Part shown: one piece after another, positions 1 to 10,366 of the stretch
Position numbering within the stretch: the stretch's first letter is position 1
Layout: each line of letters begins with the position of its first letter
NCBI RefSeq assembly: GCF_963921235.1
Contig: NC_086097.1
Location: 250,978,001 to 251,042,000, forward strand
DNA from: Mobula hypostoma
Taxonomy: Eukaryota
Length of the DNA stretch: 64,000 nucleotides
Direction of reading: 5' to 3'
Notes under the pieces: generated by a model
What the model saw: only the letters and a program-made list of their open reading frames with translations
Told to the model about the DNA's origin: nothing
The model's database searches: none
Program-made: the position numbers and the translations under genes

Positions 1-383
1 AGTAGAACTTGGTGTCATCGGCAGTGATTTCTTGCAGAGCAAACTGGGCCTCAGCTTGTACAAACCACACGACGGCATTTTGTCCCAAAAGCACCAGCAG
101 CTTCAAAGTGCCTGCATTGGCTGACATGTTCAATAACTCTGGAATTGTCCCAGAGCACTGGGGTCACCAATTTAGGTTTTTGCAAATAAAAGAAAGAGAG
201 GCATTTTATGCGTAATGAAACCTGTGGCACATTTTATTGAACTCCAAAACCTAAACACAAAAGTGCACTAAAAATCCTCACGTAACAACGTCACCACATC
301 AGACCAGCCTCTTAAAGCAAAACCCCAGCTCAATGTCAGTGGTTGTGAATTACGTATGTTTCTCCTAATTATATTACCCTACA
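1..383 (-). mobile_element. 5' end of a degenerate Gypsy LTR retrotransposon (LTR ~172-383, PBS, start of gag), running off the window edge
   Basis: Minus strand reads TGT-starting LTR-like segment, then TGGTGACCCC PBS (~160-169), then MSANAGTLKL...VWFVQAEAQFALQEITADDTKFY, homologous to the gag N-terminus of the element at 9661 (LWFEQTEAQFHIRQITSESTRYY). Confidence 0.7.
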
Positions 384-1074
384 ATGCCTGATCTTGGGCA
401 TTCATAACAAACATCAGACCTTTCAAAGAGAACAGCAAATCAGACTCCATCTTAAAGTTAAGTTAACAAGACTATTTATTCTACTGAAGTTGAACAACCA
501 CATCAATAAATCATATTCTATAGTTATGCACTTGCGGTAAAATTCCTTCCTTTTAATTTGAGAAGTAAATAGAAAGGTCTCAGTAACAGTGATTACCATC
601 CCCCCCAACTTCTTACGGGTGTGAATCTAATTGATAGTTTATCTTGAAGACTTAAACATTTTATTTAATCTAACACTTACTGAGAATTCCTTTTGCAAAT
701 TGCCTCCTCAAAAAAGCTCTCCATCTTAAACGTAATTTTAAATTTCCCATCTTAGATATGTCAATGAGCAATAAAAATTAATTACAAAATGGAGAAAAAG
801 TTCAATTCTAATCAAGTTGGATTCAAAGTTCAAAGTACATTTATTATCAAAATATGTATACCATATCCATTCTTGAGATTTGTCTCCTTACAGATGGCCA
901 TAAAATAAAGAAATTCAAAACAACCTATGAAAAAAGTAGACCTTCAAACACACAATATGCAGAGAGAGAAAAAAATCAAAAAAAAAAGAATTTAAAACCA
1001 TGAAAACAGGAAACGAACATACAATATATTGATAGATAAAAGGATTTGAGGCGATGATGCTTAACATATTGTGG

Positions 1075-1340
1075 GTAAAGAATTTGGTACAGGCAGTAAA
1101 TCTCCCCAAACATCTATGGCACTCATTACCACATGACAGCTGTGGAGGCCAAGTCATTGGGTATGTTTAAAGTGGACGTCGACAGGTTCTCGTTTAGTCA
1201 GTGTCACGGGTTACGGGCAGAAGGCAGGAGAATAGGGTTGAGAGAGATAATAAATCAGCCATGGATGAAATGGTGGAGCAGACTTGATGGGCTGAATGGC
1301 CTAGTTCTGCTCCAATGTCTTCTGGTCTTATGGTCTCAGA
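1075..1340 (+). mobile_element. CR1 LINE 3' end fragment
   Basis: AVEAKSLGMFK...DRF end of ORF2, 3' UTR and tcttatggtct tail, matching the 3' end of the CR1 at 20270-20520. Confidence 0.8.
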
Positions 1341-2189
1341 GAGGGCATGTGTCCACTTGCCAAACATCCTTTTGTTTTCTGATACACCTGTGAGCCTCAG
1401 CGTGGGCCTGTCCCAGCACTGACCTGGTTTTTCCACAATTATAAAAGGCATTGTTGAACATAGTGAATTTTCTGACCTTGTTACTGCACTGTTGCTCTGA
1501 CTTCCCTGTGAACCACCGAGTGTAGAAATCTCAAGTTGGATATAAACCACAGCAGAAGGCGTTCAATCTTAACATCTCTTCTCTGTGTACTTCAGCCATG
1601 AAGCCCCCAAGATAATAAATCATCCACGATAGAATGGCAGAGCAAACTTAACGGACTGAATGGCCTAATTCTACTCCGATGTTTTAGGGTCTAAGTATGC
1701 AGGATTCTTTTCCTAGGGACCTCACTATTGGTGATCCAGCAGTCCCAAATGACCAAAGATATTCCTGGAGACTGATGATGTACGTACGATATTTAATCAT
1801 TGCTGTTTGAAATAGGTGACAACCTCTCACAACCATACAGAGGAGTGCACAACATTGAAGCTTGATAGATACCTTCAACTCCAGCATTAGTTCCTTGTGT
1901 GAATGAAGCAATATTCCTGATTCTCTCTGCCATGCTGAATTTAGTGCACACATTGGGGAACTTGTTTGTCCTAATTAAATGATCTTGGCCCGAAACATCA
2001 ATTCTTTATTCCTCTCTGTAGATGCCGTCTGATCTGCTGAATTCCTCCTCCCCAGCATTGTGTGTGTGTGTTACTCTGGATTTCCAGCAACTGCAGAACC
2101 TCTTGTCTTTATGAATTTCTGCATCTCTTCAGATGATTTCAAGACAAATGCAACATCTGTGAGGAACAGATTCTAAAAGAAGAACAAGG

Positions 2190-3245
2190 TGAGAAGTGCC
2201 TGCTAGAAAATGATGCTGAATAAATTCAACCGGAAAAGTGTGAAGTGATTCACTTGGGAAGTGAAACTTGGAGGAAGAATACAGGGTTAATGGCAGGATT
2301 CTTAGCAGTGTGGAGGAACGGAGGGATCTTGGGGTCCACGTACACAGCTCCCTCAAAGCTACCGCACGAGTTTTTACCTATTTAGAGATACAGCGTAGAA
2401 CAGACTCTTTTGGACCTTCAAGCTTCACCACCCAGCAATCCCCTGATTTAACCCTAGCTTAATCACTGGACAATTTACAATGGCCAATTAACCTCCCGAC
2501 TGGTACATCTTAGAAACCAGAGCACCCAGAAGAAACCCACAACAGTCACCGGGAGAACATACAAATTCTTTACAGGCAGCAGCGGGAGTTGATAAGGGAT
2601 ATATGGTCTACTGGCCTTCATTAGTTGGGGGACCGGGTTCGAGAGCAATGATGTAATGTTGCAACTATATAAAACCCTGGTTAGACTACACTTGGAATAT
2701 TGAGTTTATTTCTGGTTGCCTCATTATAGGAAGGATGTGGAAGCTTTAGAGAGGGTGCAGAGATTTACCAGGATGCTGCCTGGATTAGAGAGCAGGTCTT
2801 ATGAGGATAGGTTGAAAGAGTTAAGGCTTTTCTCTTTGGAAGGAAGGAGAATGAGAGCTGACTTGATAGAAGTGTACAAGATGATAAGAGGCGTAGATCA
2901 AGTGAACAGCCAGAGACTTCTTCCCAGGCAGAAATAGCTGATATGAGAAGAAGCATAATTTTAAGGTGATTGGAGAAAGGTACAGAGAGATTGTCAGAGG
3001 TAGGTATTTTACACAGAGTGGTGGGTGCGTGGAACACCCTACTAGGGGTGGTGATAGAAGTACTGTAGTTATACCGGGGGGGGGGGCAGTTAAGAAACTG
3101 CTAGATAGGCAAGGGGGTGGTGAAAAAAATGGGTGGGGACGCTATGTAGGAGGGAATGGTTAGATTGATTTTACAGCAAGTTAAAAAGTTGGCACTATAT
3201 TGTGGGCTGAAGGGCCTGTACTGTGCTGTAATGCTCTATGTTCTA
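2190..3245 (+). mobile_element. CR1 LINE 3' fragment interrupted by an antisense SINE (~2380-2590)
   Basis: YRVNGRILSSVEERRDLGVHVH and PHYRKDVEALERVQ.RFTRMLPGL motifs; CR1 3' tail ends ~3245. Confidence 0.8.
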
Positions 3246-3248
3246 CTT

Positions 3249-3801
3249 CTAAGAGTCCTTGTACACAGACAATTCTCGCAGCCGTAATGCTTTTAACTGC
3301 TCAACTTCAATTTTCGCCCTGAGCAGTTCTTCCTCCAGTGCGTGCAATTTTTTAAGGCTTTCCCTTTTCTCATCAAGATACAACCCAAACTTCCTTTGGT
3401 TTTCCAGAATCAGCTCCTGTTCTTTCGAAGACATGGCCTGTACTTCCCTCTCAGGTCTGGTCCCGTAACCTGGAAAGTCCGCGCGGTGATGCTGCAGAAA
3501 CTGAAGATCATCCCTTGTCGGGGGTCGAGGGGATGGTGTGGAGGGTATTCGAACACAAGGTGGAGAAAGGGACATAGCTGTGATGTGCTGAGTATCTGTT
3601 TTAGTCAACCCTTCAAAGCTGTTGCTTGCTGGTGGCTGACCAGCTAACCGCAGTTTCCCTTCAACCTTCGGCCCAACCTCGGGACTAATCCACCTAGGAA
3701 ACGAATAAGACTGGTAACCTGAGGTACCAGGTTGTGAACAAGAACTGCTAGACATTTCTGCACACGCATCTCTCCTTGAAGTTGAACTCTTCCCGTAGGA
3801 T
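3249..3801 (-). CDS. Terminal coding exon of a TIGD3-like/FSBP-like chimeric gene; FSBP-like C-terminal half with coiled coil
   Basis: Acceptor TTGTTTTATTTTTATACAG|A at 3802; open frame to TAG at 3251-3249. The C-terminus QELILENQRKFGLYLDEKRESLKKLHALEEELLRAKIEVEQLKALRLRE closely matches recalled FSBP (HQIILENQKNFGLYVQEKRDGLKRRQQLEEELLRAKIEVEKLKAIRLRH); SLSP...PTRDD also matches FSBP SLSP...PRRDD. Confidence 0.85.
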
Positions 3802-4369
3802 CTGTATAAAAATAAAACAATTCCCTCATTCAGAATCAGCATCAGGTTTAATATCGTGAAATTTGTTGTTTTGTGGCAGCAGTACATTGCAATCAAGATT
3901 GTTTCATATCATTTCCAGTACACAAGTGTAAAGGAGAATGAAATAATTGTTACTCCGGCTCTGGTAAACTCCAGTAAACCCAGAATAAGATAAAGAATAG
4001 AATAATAAAGAACACAATAAATATAACTACATATGGTAGCTCATATACATTGATTGTATACTCCACCAATGTATTCCTAGGGGACATGGCAGTAGAATGC
4101 CACCAAAAACAAGATGATATATAACACAGGTGTGTAAGAAATGGCAGGAGATGGCTATCCAGCACCTTGCACCTACCCTATATTTCAATGCCATTCTGGG
4201 TTATAACTGTCATTCTCCTGCACAAATTTCCCATCCTTTATCTTTCAAAAGCCTATTGAACTCAATCGATAGGTAAGAAATAGGAAATTTCTAAGGAATT
4301 TCTTGAAATAGGAAATTACTAATTTAAATAGGAAAGAAAAATGGAGGACTATGTGTTACAGGGGAAATT

Positions 4370-4780
4370 TTAGAACATAGAACATAAAACAGTACGGCAC
4401 AGGAACAGGCCATTCGGCCCACAGTGTCGTGCCAAACCAGCTAAAAAGGAAATCAAAAACACCCAAACACTAATCCCCCCTACCTACACAAAGTAATATC
4501 CCTCATGTATTTGCCTCTACCATCATACCAGGCAGTGTATTCCAGGCATCCGCCACTGTCTGAGTTACCCCTCACGTTCCCCTTGAACCTTCCCCCTCTC
4601 ATCTTAAATGCATGTCCTCTGGTATTAGACATTTCAACCGTGGGAAAAAGATACTCTCTGTCTACTCTATCTATGCCTCTCATAATCTTATAAACCTCTC
4701 TCAGATCTCCCCTCAGCCTCCGACACTCCAGACAAAACAACCCAAGTTTGTCCAGCCTCTCATGATAGCACATGCCCCCT
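4370..4780 (-). mobile_element. CR1 LINE 3' fragment (intronic)
   Basis: ORF 4480-4773 YHERLDKLGLFCLECRRLRGDLREVYKIMRGIDRVD; (catagaa)n tail at ~4372-4388. Confidence 0.85.
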
Positions 4781-4829
4781 GAACAAAATCCTGTCTTAAA
4801 ACGTGACCAAAAATTGATCTACTTATTTG

Positions 4830-5785
4830 TTTCACATACAGAATGCTGGAGGAACTCAGCAGCTCAGGCAGCATCTATGGAGGGGAATAAATGGTCGATG
4901 TTTCGGGCCAAGACCCTTCATCAGGACTGGAAAGGAAGGGGAAGATGCCGAAGTAATGAAAGAGGGGGAGGGGGAGGAGTGCAAGCTGGGAGGTGATAGA
5001 TAAGACCAGGTGGGGGGGGGGGAATGAAGAAAGAAGCTGAGAGGTGATAGATAAAACCAGATGGGAGGGAGGGATGAAGAAAGAAGATGAGAAGTTGTAG
5101 ATAAGACCAGGTGGGAGGGGGGGAATGAAGAAAGAAGCTGAGAAGTGATAGATAAGACCAGGTGGGTGGGGAGGGGGATGAAGAAAGAAGCTGAGAGGTG
5201 ATAGGTGCAAAAGGAGAAGAAGGAATCTGGTAGGAGAGGAGAGTGGATCATAAGAGAAAGGGAAAGTGGAAGAACACCAGGGGGAGGTGATAGGCAGGTG
5301 AGAAGAGGTAGGAGGCCAGAGAGGGGAAATGAAGAAGGGGGGGGGATGGAGAAATAGATATTCATGTGATCAGGTTGGAGGCTATCTAGATGGAATTTAA
5401 TTAATTGTTTTTAATTTATTGAGATACAGTGTGGAATATCGGCCCTTCGAGCCATGCTGCCCAGCAATCATTCAATTTAATCCTAGCCTAATCATGGGAC
5501 AAGTTACAATGACAAATTAACCTACCAACCAGTATGTCTTAGGTCTGTGGGAGGAAACCAAGACACACAGGGGGGAACCCACAGAGACACGGAGAGAACG
5601 TCAGACTCCTTACAGACAGCAACAGGAAAAGGTGTTCTCCAACCTGAGAGTGGCCTCATCAAGGCAGAGGAGGAGATGACCATGGACCAACAAGTCATAA
5701 TGGGAATGGGGAATGGAATTGAAACGCAAACTAGGAAATCCTGCTTTCTGCGGATGCAGCAAGGTTGTTCAACAAAGCTCCTCAC
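4830..5785 (-). mobile_element. Penelope-like element 3' end (GIY-YIG C-terminus, purine-rich tandem repeat, hammerhead motif), interrupted by a SINE at ~5405-5620
   Basis: Homologous to 26640-27255; minus-strand CTGATGAagggtcttggcccGAAAcatc at ~4898-4925; ~45-bp tandem units gaaagaagctgagaggtgatagataagaccagg at ~4985-5205. Confidence 0.7.
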
Positions 5786-6170
5786 TTGTTTGCTGTTTTT
5801 CATCTTGGGGATTTTTAGGGAAGAGTGATCTAAATATATATAGAGACTGAAAGTGATCTAGTTCAATCTAAAACCAGGCTCTTAAGTCTAAACACACCAG
5901 GGACAAGACAAGAATAAAATTGAGAACCTGAGTTAAGAATCAAATGGCCTAATTCTGCTCCCATGTCTTATGGTCTTAATTCTCTTAAGAAAAATAAATA
6001 AAATTGAAAATCTACAATGGAACACCAGCATTTTCTGTAATTTATAGTTGGCAGTTTAAATGGTTCAGCATAGACTAGAAGGGCCGAATAGCCTGTTTCT
6101 GTGCTGTATTTTTCTATGACTATTCAAATAATTTGTTTTGGGGGGAAAGTGGAAAAGTAGTTAAGCTTAC

Positions 6171-6859
6171 ATGTTATGTTGATTTGAAGACGACATTAGT
6201 TGGCCATTGCTTCCTCTTGCCATCTTGTAGACAGGTATGGATTTCTCTTCCTCAGAATCAATTACTTCTGCCTTTGTGATCACCTTCACGCCGTTTCCTG
6301 GTTCTGGATCAGCTATGTCCCAAACGCACACCTTAATGGCGGCCTGCTCCACGTACTGGTGAAACTCCTCTTCGGTCATTCCTTCTGGTGGCACCACCTC
6401 AGGCGATGCAATGCCATCAAACTGGCTCGCACCATCGCCGTCACCATGTGCTTGCTGAGAAAAGGCGTTGTGCCGAGCCTTCCACCGGTTTATCCAGCCG
6501 ACTGTGGGGAAGAAGGCCCTGATCTGCATCGCTTCCGCAAGGCTCTTTGCCTTCGCAGCCAAGATGTCATCAGAGATAGCCACGTGTTGTGCCTTGGCAA
6601 TCTGGAACCACTGGAAAAGGGCGGTGTCCACATCACTTTCCCTCCCTTCCCTTTTGCGTTTCCGATCTGGATTGCTATTATTGTGCCATTCCGTCATGAC
6701 TTTTTCCTTGTTCTTGATGAGCCTGGAGATGACGGGCTGCGTCACCCCAAAGCGCCGTGCCACTTCCATTTGGGAGATCTTTTGCCTCTGAAGCAATTCA
6801 AGAACCTGAATCTTCTCTGACAAAGTAAGCTCCTTCTGCTTCTTCCTTGTCGACTCCAT
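6171..6859 (-). CDS. First coding exon of the chimeric gene: pogo/Tigger-derived DNA-binding region (HTH_psq plus CENP-B/HTH_Tnp_Tc5), TIGD3-like, without DDE domain
   Basis: ATG at 6859 in strong Kozak context (ACCATGG). MESTRKKQKELTLSEKIQVLELL...ISQMEVARRFGVTQPVISRLIKNKEK...RKRKRE...KAKSLAEAM...PTVGWINRWKARHN resembles the recalled TIGD3 N-terminus. Donor AT|GTAAGC at 6170 is phase 2 and joins the 3801 exon in frame (AT+A = Ile). Confidence 0.85.
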
Positions 6860-7569
6860 GGTGTAACTGAACTGTACAGCAAACAGACCTTTCACTAAAC
6901 GGGTCTAGAGCTTCGATTTGTTCCTTTTAAAAAAAAATTCAGACTACCTCCAAAAGGCCAGCCCCCACTTCAGAAACACACCCAAAAACCTGCTTTCTAA
7001 GGTAATGATGTGCAAAAGGCCCAGTCGGCTTGAATATTTAGAGTAATGAGGTGCTGAATGTCTCCATTGTGTGGTATAAAACCCTGAGACTTGCATAATG
7101 CTAAACCAGAGGTCAAGGAAGGTCAGACTAATCCCTCAATGACTGTGTAAGAAACGCCCAGCTAATCCATTGAAGCCGTTTAAGTGTATAATGGAAAACT
7201 ATCAATAGCATTATTCTAAACATTTTAGCTATAAACTTATTTCTTATAAACTTAGCAGATTTGAAATTTGTGCAGCTGCAGAACATTTTTTGAGGTTTTA
7301 AAGTTTATAGAGTGAAATAATATATACACTTAAGCAGTAGTCACACATTTCCCTTTCCAGTCTTTTTTTATTAGAAAGTGTCCAGTTATCAAAAATGCAG
7401 TGACACTAGACTCTAGAGATTCTTGAGATCTTTGGAATTATTACAACTCAGTATTTGAAGGCAAGATCAGAAGTAGAAGTAGTGATCACCACTCCTTTGT
7501 GCACAGATGACACGGACCTCCACTTTTCACCCTTAGTTCCTGCCAACCACCCAAATAGGAACCAGGGTG

Positions 7570-7710
7570 GATGGGGGAGAGGGGGAGGGGTGAGAGGGGG
7601 GGAGGGGAGGGAGGGAGGGGGGAAGAGAGAGAGAGAGAGAGAGAGGGGGGAGGAGGGAGAGAGGGGGAGAGAGGGGGGGAGGGAGGGGGAGGGGGAGAGA
7701 GAGAGAGAAA
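7570..7710. repeat. Polypurine (G/A) low-complexity tract
   Basis: About 140 nt almost entirely G and A, including GGGA and (GA)n runs. Confidence 0.9.
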
Positions 7711-8135
7711 TACTATCCTCAGAATACAAAAACACAAAGTTTGAGCTTAAAGCCTGCAAAGAAAGTTATAAAACATCCATGCCTCTGAACTAGATTTGCA
7801 ACAGGGATTTTTACAACTCAGTATTTGAAGCCAGGTTCAAAAGGTACATGTATTAATCACTGCTGTTATAATTGGGATAATAGTTAAGTAAGTGAAGTTT
7901 AACACCGAACTCTGAAATCTCGTAACCCCAGTGCAAGACATATTCACTAATCTATTGGCTCAGGCGAGCCATTTATACATGGGGCTATAAAGGAAGTTTA
8001 GATTGTTGCTTTATGTGCAGTAACCACGAAAAGCTGCTTCAGAATCACAATTGGGTTTATTATCACTGACATATGATGTACAGTTTATATAAATACCCTA
8101 CACAGTATATACATTTATTATAAGAAAATATACTG

Positions 8136-9011
8136 CTGTGGATTCCAGTTAATTGAACCATTTGTTAATCGGGGCAGCTCCTTACTTGGGAAACTCCTAA
8201 AGAACAAAACCTAGTTGAGAAAATAGGTGGAATTCCCTTCATTTATTTGGGACACTATGTTGCTTAATTGGGACAGGAGACTGTTGCCAAACAGCTTCTA
8301 CCTTCACCAGCAACTTTTATGTGTGTAGCTTCTACCTATTGTCAGTTTCATTCACTTGTATGGCCTTTTAGACACTACAGTGTGCTTAGAGCACACTGTT
8401 TATACATTGCGTCAGCTGTGTGTGCTTGTGTTCAAAAAGCAGTGATTTTTGTCACTGCTAGTTGCCGAGAAATAAGCAGTAATACAATTCAAAACTGATC
8501 AGCTCACTGCGGTTTTAAGTATTCAGGCTTGGAGGGGCCAATAGCAGCCCAGAGTGAAAATGATACAGTTTCACTACTTCAACAAGTTAGGCACTATGAA
8601 GAATTTGAAGGTATCAACAATCATCTTGAATGTTGCAATGAAAATGAAGATTTGGAGGAAGCAATTGTTGAAAGCTTTGTATGAAGGCAGTCCATTATCT
8701 GCACTAGATGCCTGTGCTGATTTTGTTCATTTACAGTCAAACAACATGGCAGCGTACACTGGATGAATTCCTCCACTGATAACTATTAGGAACTAACAAA
8801 CAGTTATATAACATTGTAGTGTATTGGTAGTATTCTAACTTATTCTGTATTTTATTTAAATACATAATTTGTTACTCAGTTAAACTGTAGTTTGTCTTTT
8901 TTATACTTTTTTTTAACTATTTCTATGAAACTTCAGTTAATTGGGACAGCCATTTAATTGGACCAAAACTTACTGATCCCAATGTGTCCCAATTAACGGC
9001 AATCTGCACTG
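8136..9011 (+). mobile_element. Non-autonomous pogo/Tigger-type DNA transposon (copy 1)
   Basis: TIRs ctgtggattccagttaattg ... caattaacggcaatctgcactg followed by TA; internal remnant QKAVIFVTASCREISSNTIQN..AHCGFK resembling a pogo transposase C-terminus; second copy at 30920-31997. Confidence 0.8.
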
Positions 9012-9189
9012 TACTGCTGCCACAAAACAACAAACTTCATGACGTATGTCAGTGATAATAAACCTGATTCTAATTCTGATATAAGTAGGGCAAAAAGAGA
9101 TCAAAAATAATTTATGGATCTATTGTCTGTTCAGAAATCGGAAGTCAGAGGGGAAGAAGCTGTTCCTAAAACATTGAATCTGTGTCTTC

Positions 9190-9336
9190 CAGCTACCAAA
9201 TGTAACTTCTTAAAGTCCAATTATACAACAACCATTGCATCCCCTTTATCTATCCTACTTGTAATCTCCTCAAAGAGTTCCAACTGGTTCGTCAGGCAGG
9301 ATTCTCCCTGAGGGAACCATGCTGACTTTGTACTAT
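9190..9336 (-). mobile_element. CR1 RT fragment split by the Gypsy insertion (continues at 13710-13875)
   Basis: GESCLTNQLELFEEITSRIDKGDAMVVV; sequence is continuous across the LTR element. Confidence 0.8.
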
Positions 9337-9621
9337 TGTGGCGACCCACTTTCTGGCACCCACGAACCGGCTCACAACAGCGCGCGCAGGCAGAGGGCCG
9401 GCCCCAAAAAGGGCACCAGGCCATCTTCACCAGCAGGGGGAAAATCCCGCACGCGGAAAGGATCTGGGAATAGGCATTCCCCACAGCAGTCCCGCCCAGG
9501 GAGGGCGGGAACGGGAAGGCTTTAAAGCAGGCCGCGAAGTTTGAATAAATCTCTTTCATCGCAACTCTAACTCACCCACTCCGTGTGGTTATTCTAGCGC
9601 TGTGTGTAGCACACCGCTACA
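9337..9621 (+). repeat. 5' LTR
   Basis: tgtggcgaccc...accgctaca with AATAAA; about 19 mismatches to the 3' LTR by manual count. Confidence 0.97.
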
Positions 9622-9622
9622 A

Positions 9623-9637
9623 TTGGTGACCCCGACG
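9623..9637 (+). promoter_or_regulatory. Primer binding site complementary to tRNA-Trp 3' end
   Basis: TGGTGACCCCGACG immediately after the 5' LTR; vertebrate tRNA-Trp ends ...CGTCGGGGTCA-CCA. Confidence 0.85.
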
Positions 9638-9661
9638 GCCCAAACGATATTTGGACCAGAG

Positions 9662-10366
9662 ATGACCGACGCCGCACCTGTTCACGCAGTTTCGTTAAAA
9701 CTGCCAAGCTTCTGGATGCTGCGACCCCATCTATGGTTCGAACAAACAGAAGCTCAATTCCACATTCGGCAGATAACCTCGGAGTCCACTCGCTACTACT
9801 ACGTGCTGAGCTCCCGCGACCAGGAGACTGCTGCACAAGTTGAGGAGTTTATACAGTCGCCCCCGGAGGACGGCAAATACACAGCATTCAAAGCCCTGCT
9901 CATAAGGACTTTCGGACTCTCACGGCGCGAACGAGCACGCCGCTTAATGCACCTGGATGGTTTGGGAGACAGGCCGCCGTCAGCATTAATGAACGAGATG
10001 CTGGCCCTGGCTGAAGGACACAAACCCTGCCTCATGTTTGAGCAGGCGTTCCTAGAGCTACTGCCCGAGGACATATGCCTGCTGCTGTCCGACGCAGATT
10101 TCAGCAACCCCCGGGAGGTGGCGGCCCGAGCAGATGTGCTGTGGAATGCCAGGAAAAAAAGATGGGCGCCCGTCGCACAGATCACCAAGCCGCGTGCCCA
10201 ACAACAGACCAGACCAGGCCCGGCAGCAGAGCCTACAAAACCCGGCGACGGGAGTGAGGAGCCCAACGAACAATGGTGTTTCTACCACCAGCGGTGGGGC
10301 ACAGAGGCCCGCCGCTGCAGACCACCCTGCAAATTCCCGGGAAACGCCAGGGCCAACCGCCGCTAA
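9662..10366 (+). CDS. gag: Gypsy gag with CHCC zinc motif
   Basis: Open frame MTDAAPVHAVSLKLPSFW...; C-terminal CFYHQRWGTEARRCRPPC (Cx2Hx9Cx3C). Confidence 0.9.
   Translation: MTDAAPVHAVSLKLPSFWMLRPHLWFEQTEAQFHIRQITSESTRYYYVLSSRDQETAAQVEEFIQSPPEDGKYTAFKALLIRTFGLSRRERARRLMHLDGLGDRPPSALMNEMLALAEGHKPCLMFEQAFLELLPEDICLLLSDADFSNPREVAARADVLWNARKKRWAPVAQITKPRAQQQTRPGPAAEPTKPGDGSEEPNEQWCFYHQRWGTEARRCRPPCKFPGNARANRR

Noticed and set aside
3802..3896. N-terminal extension of ORF 3249-3896 (MIAMYCCHKTTNF...)
   Set aside because: Lies upstream of a strong splice acceptor and runs into a LINE tail repeated elsewhere; intronic.
4985..5205. Regularly spaced repeats resembling a CRISPR array
   Set aside because: Purine-rich minisatellite within a Penelope-like end; spacers are not unique, and the context is eukaryotic with no cas genes.
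6200..6820. 206-aa plus-strand ORF
   Set aside because: Antisense shadow of the Tigger-derived exon with no recognisable motifs.
6167..6895. Exon 1 as an active or autonomous Tigger transposon
   Set aside because: No DDE domain and no TIRs flanking it; it ends at a splice donor.
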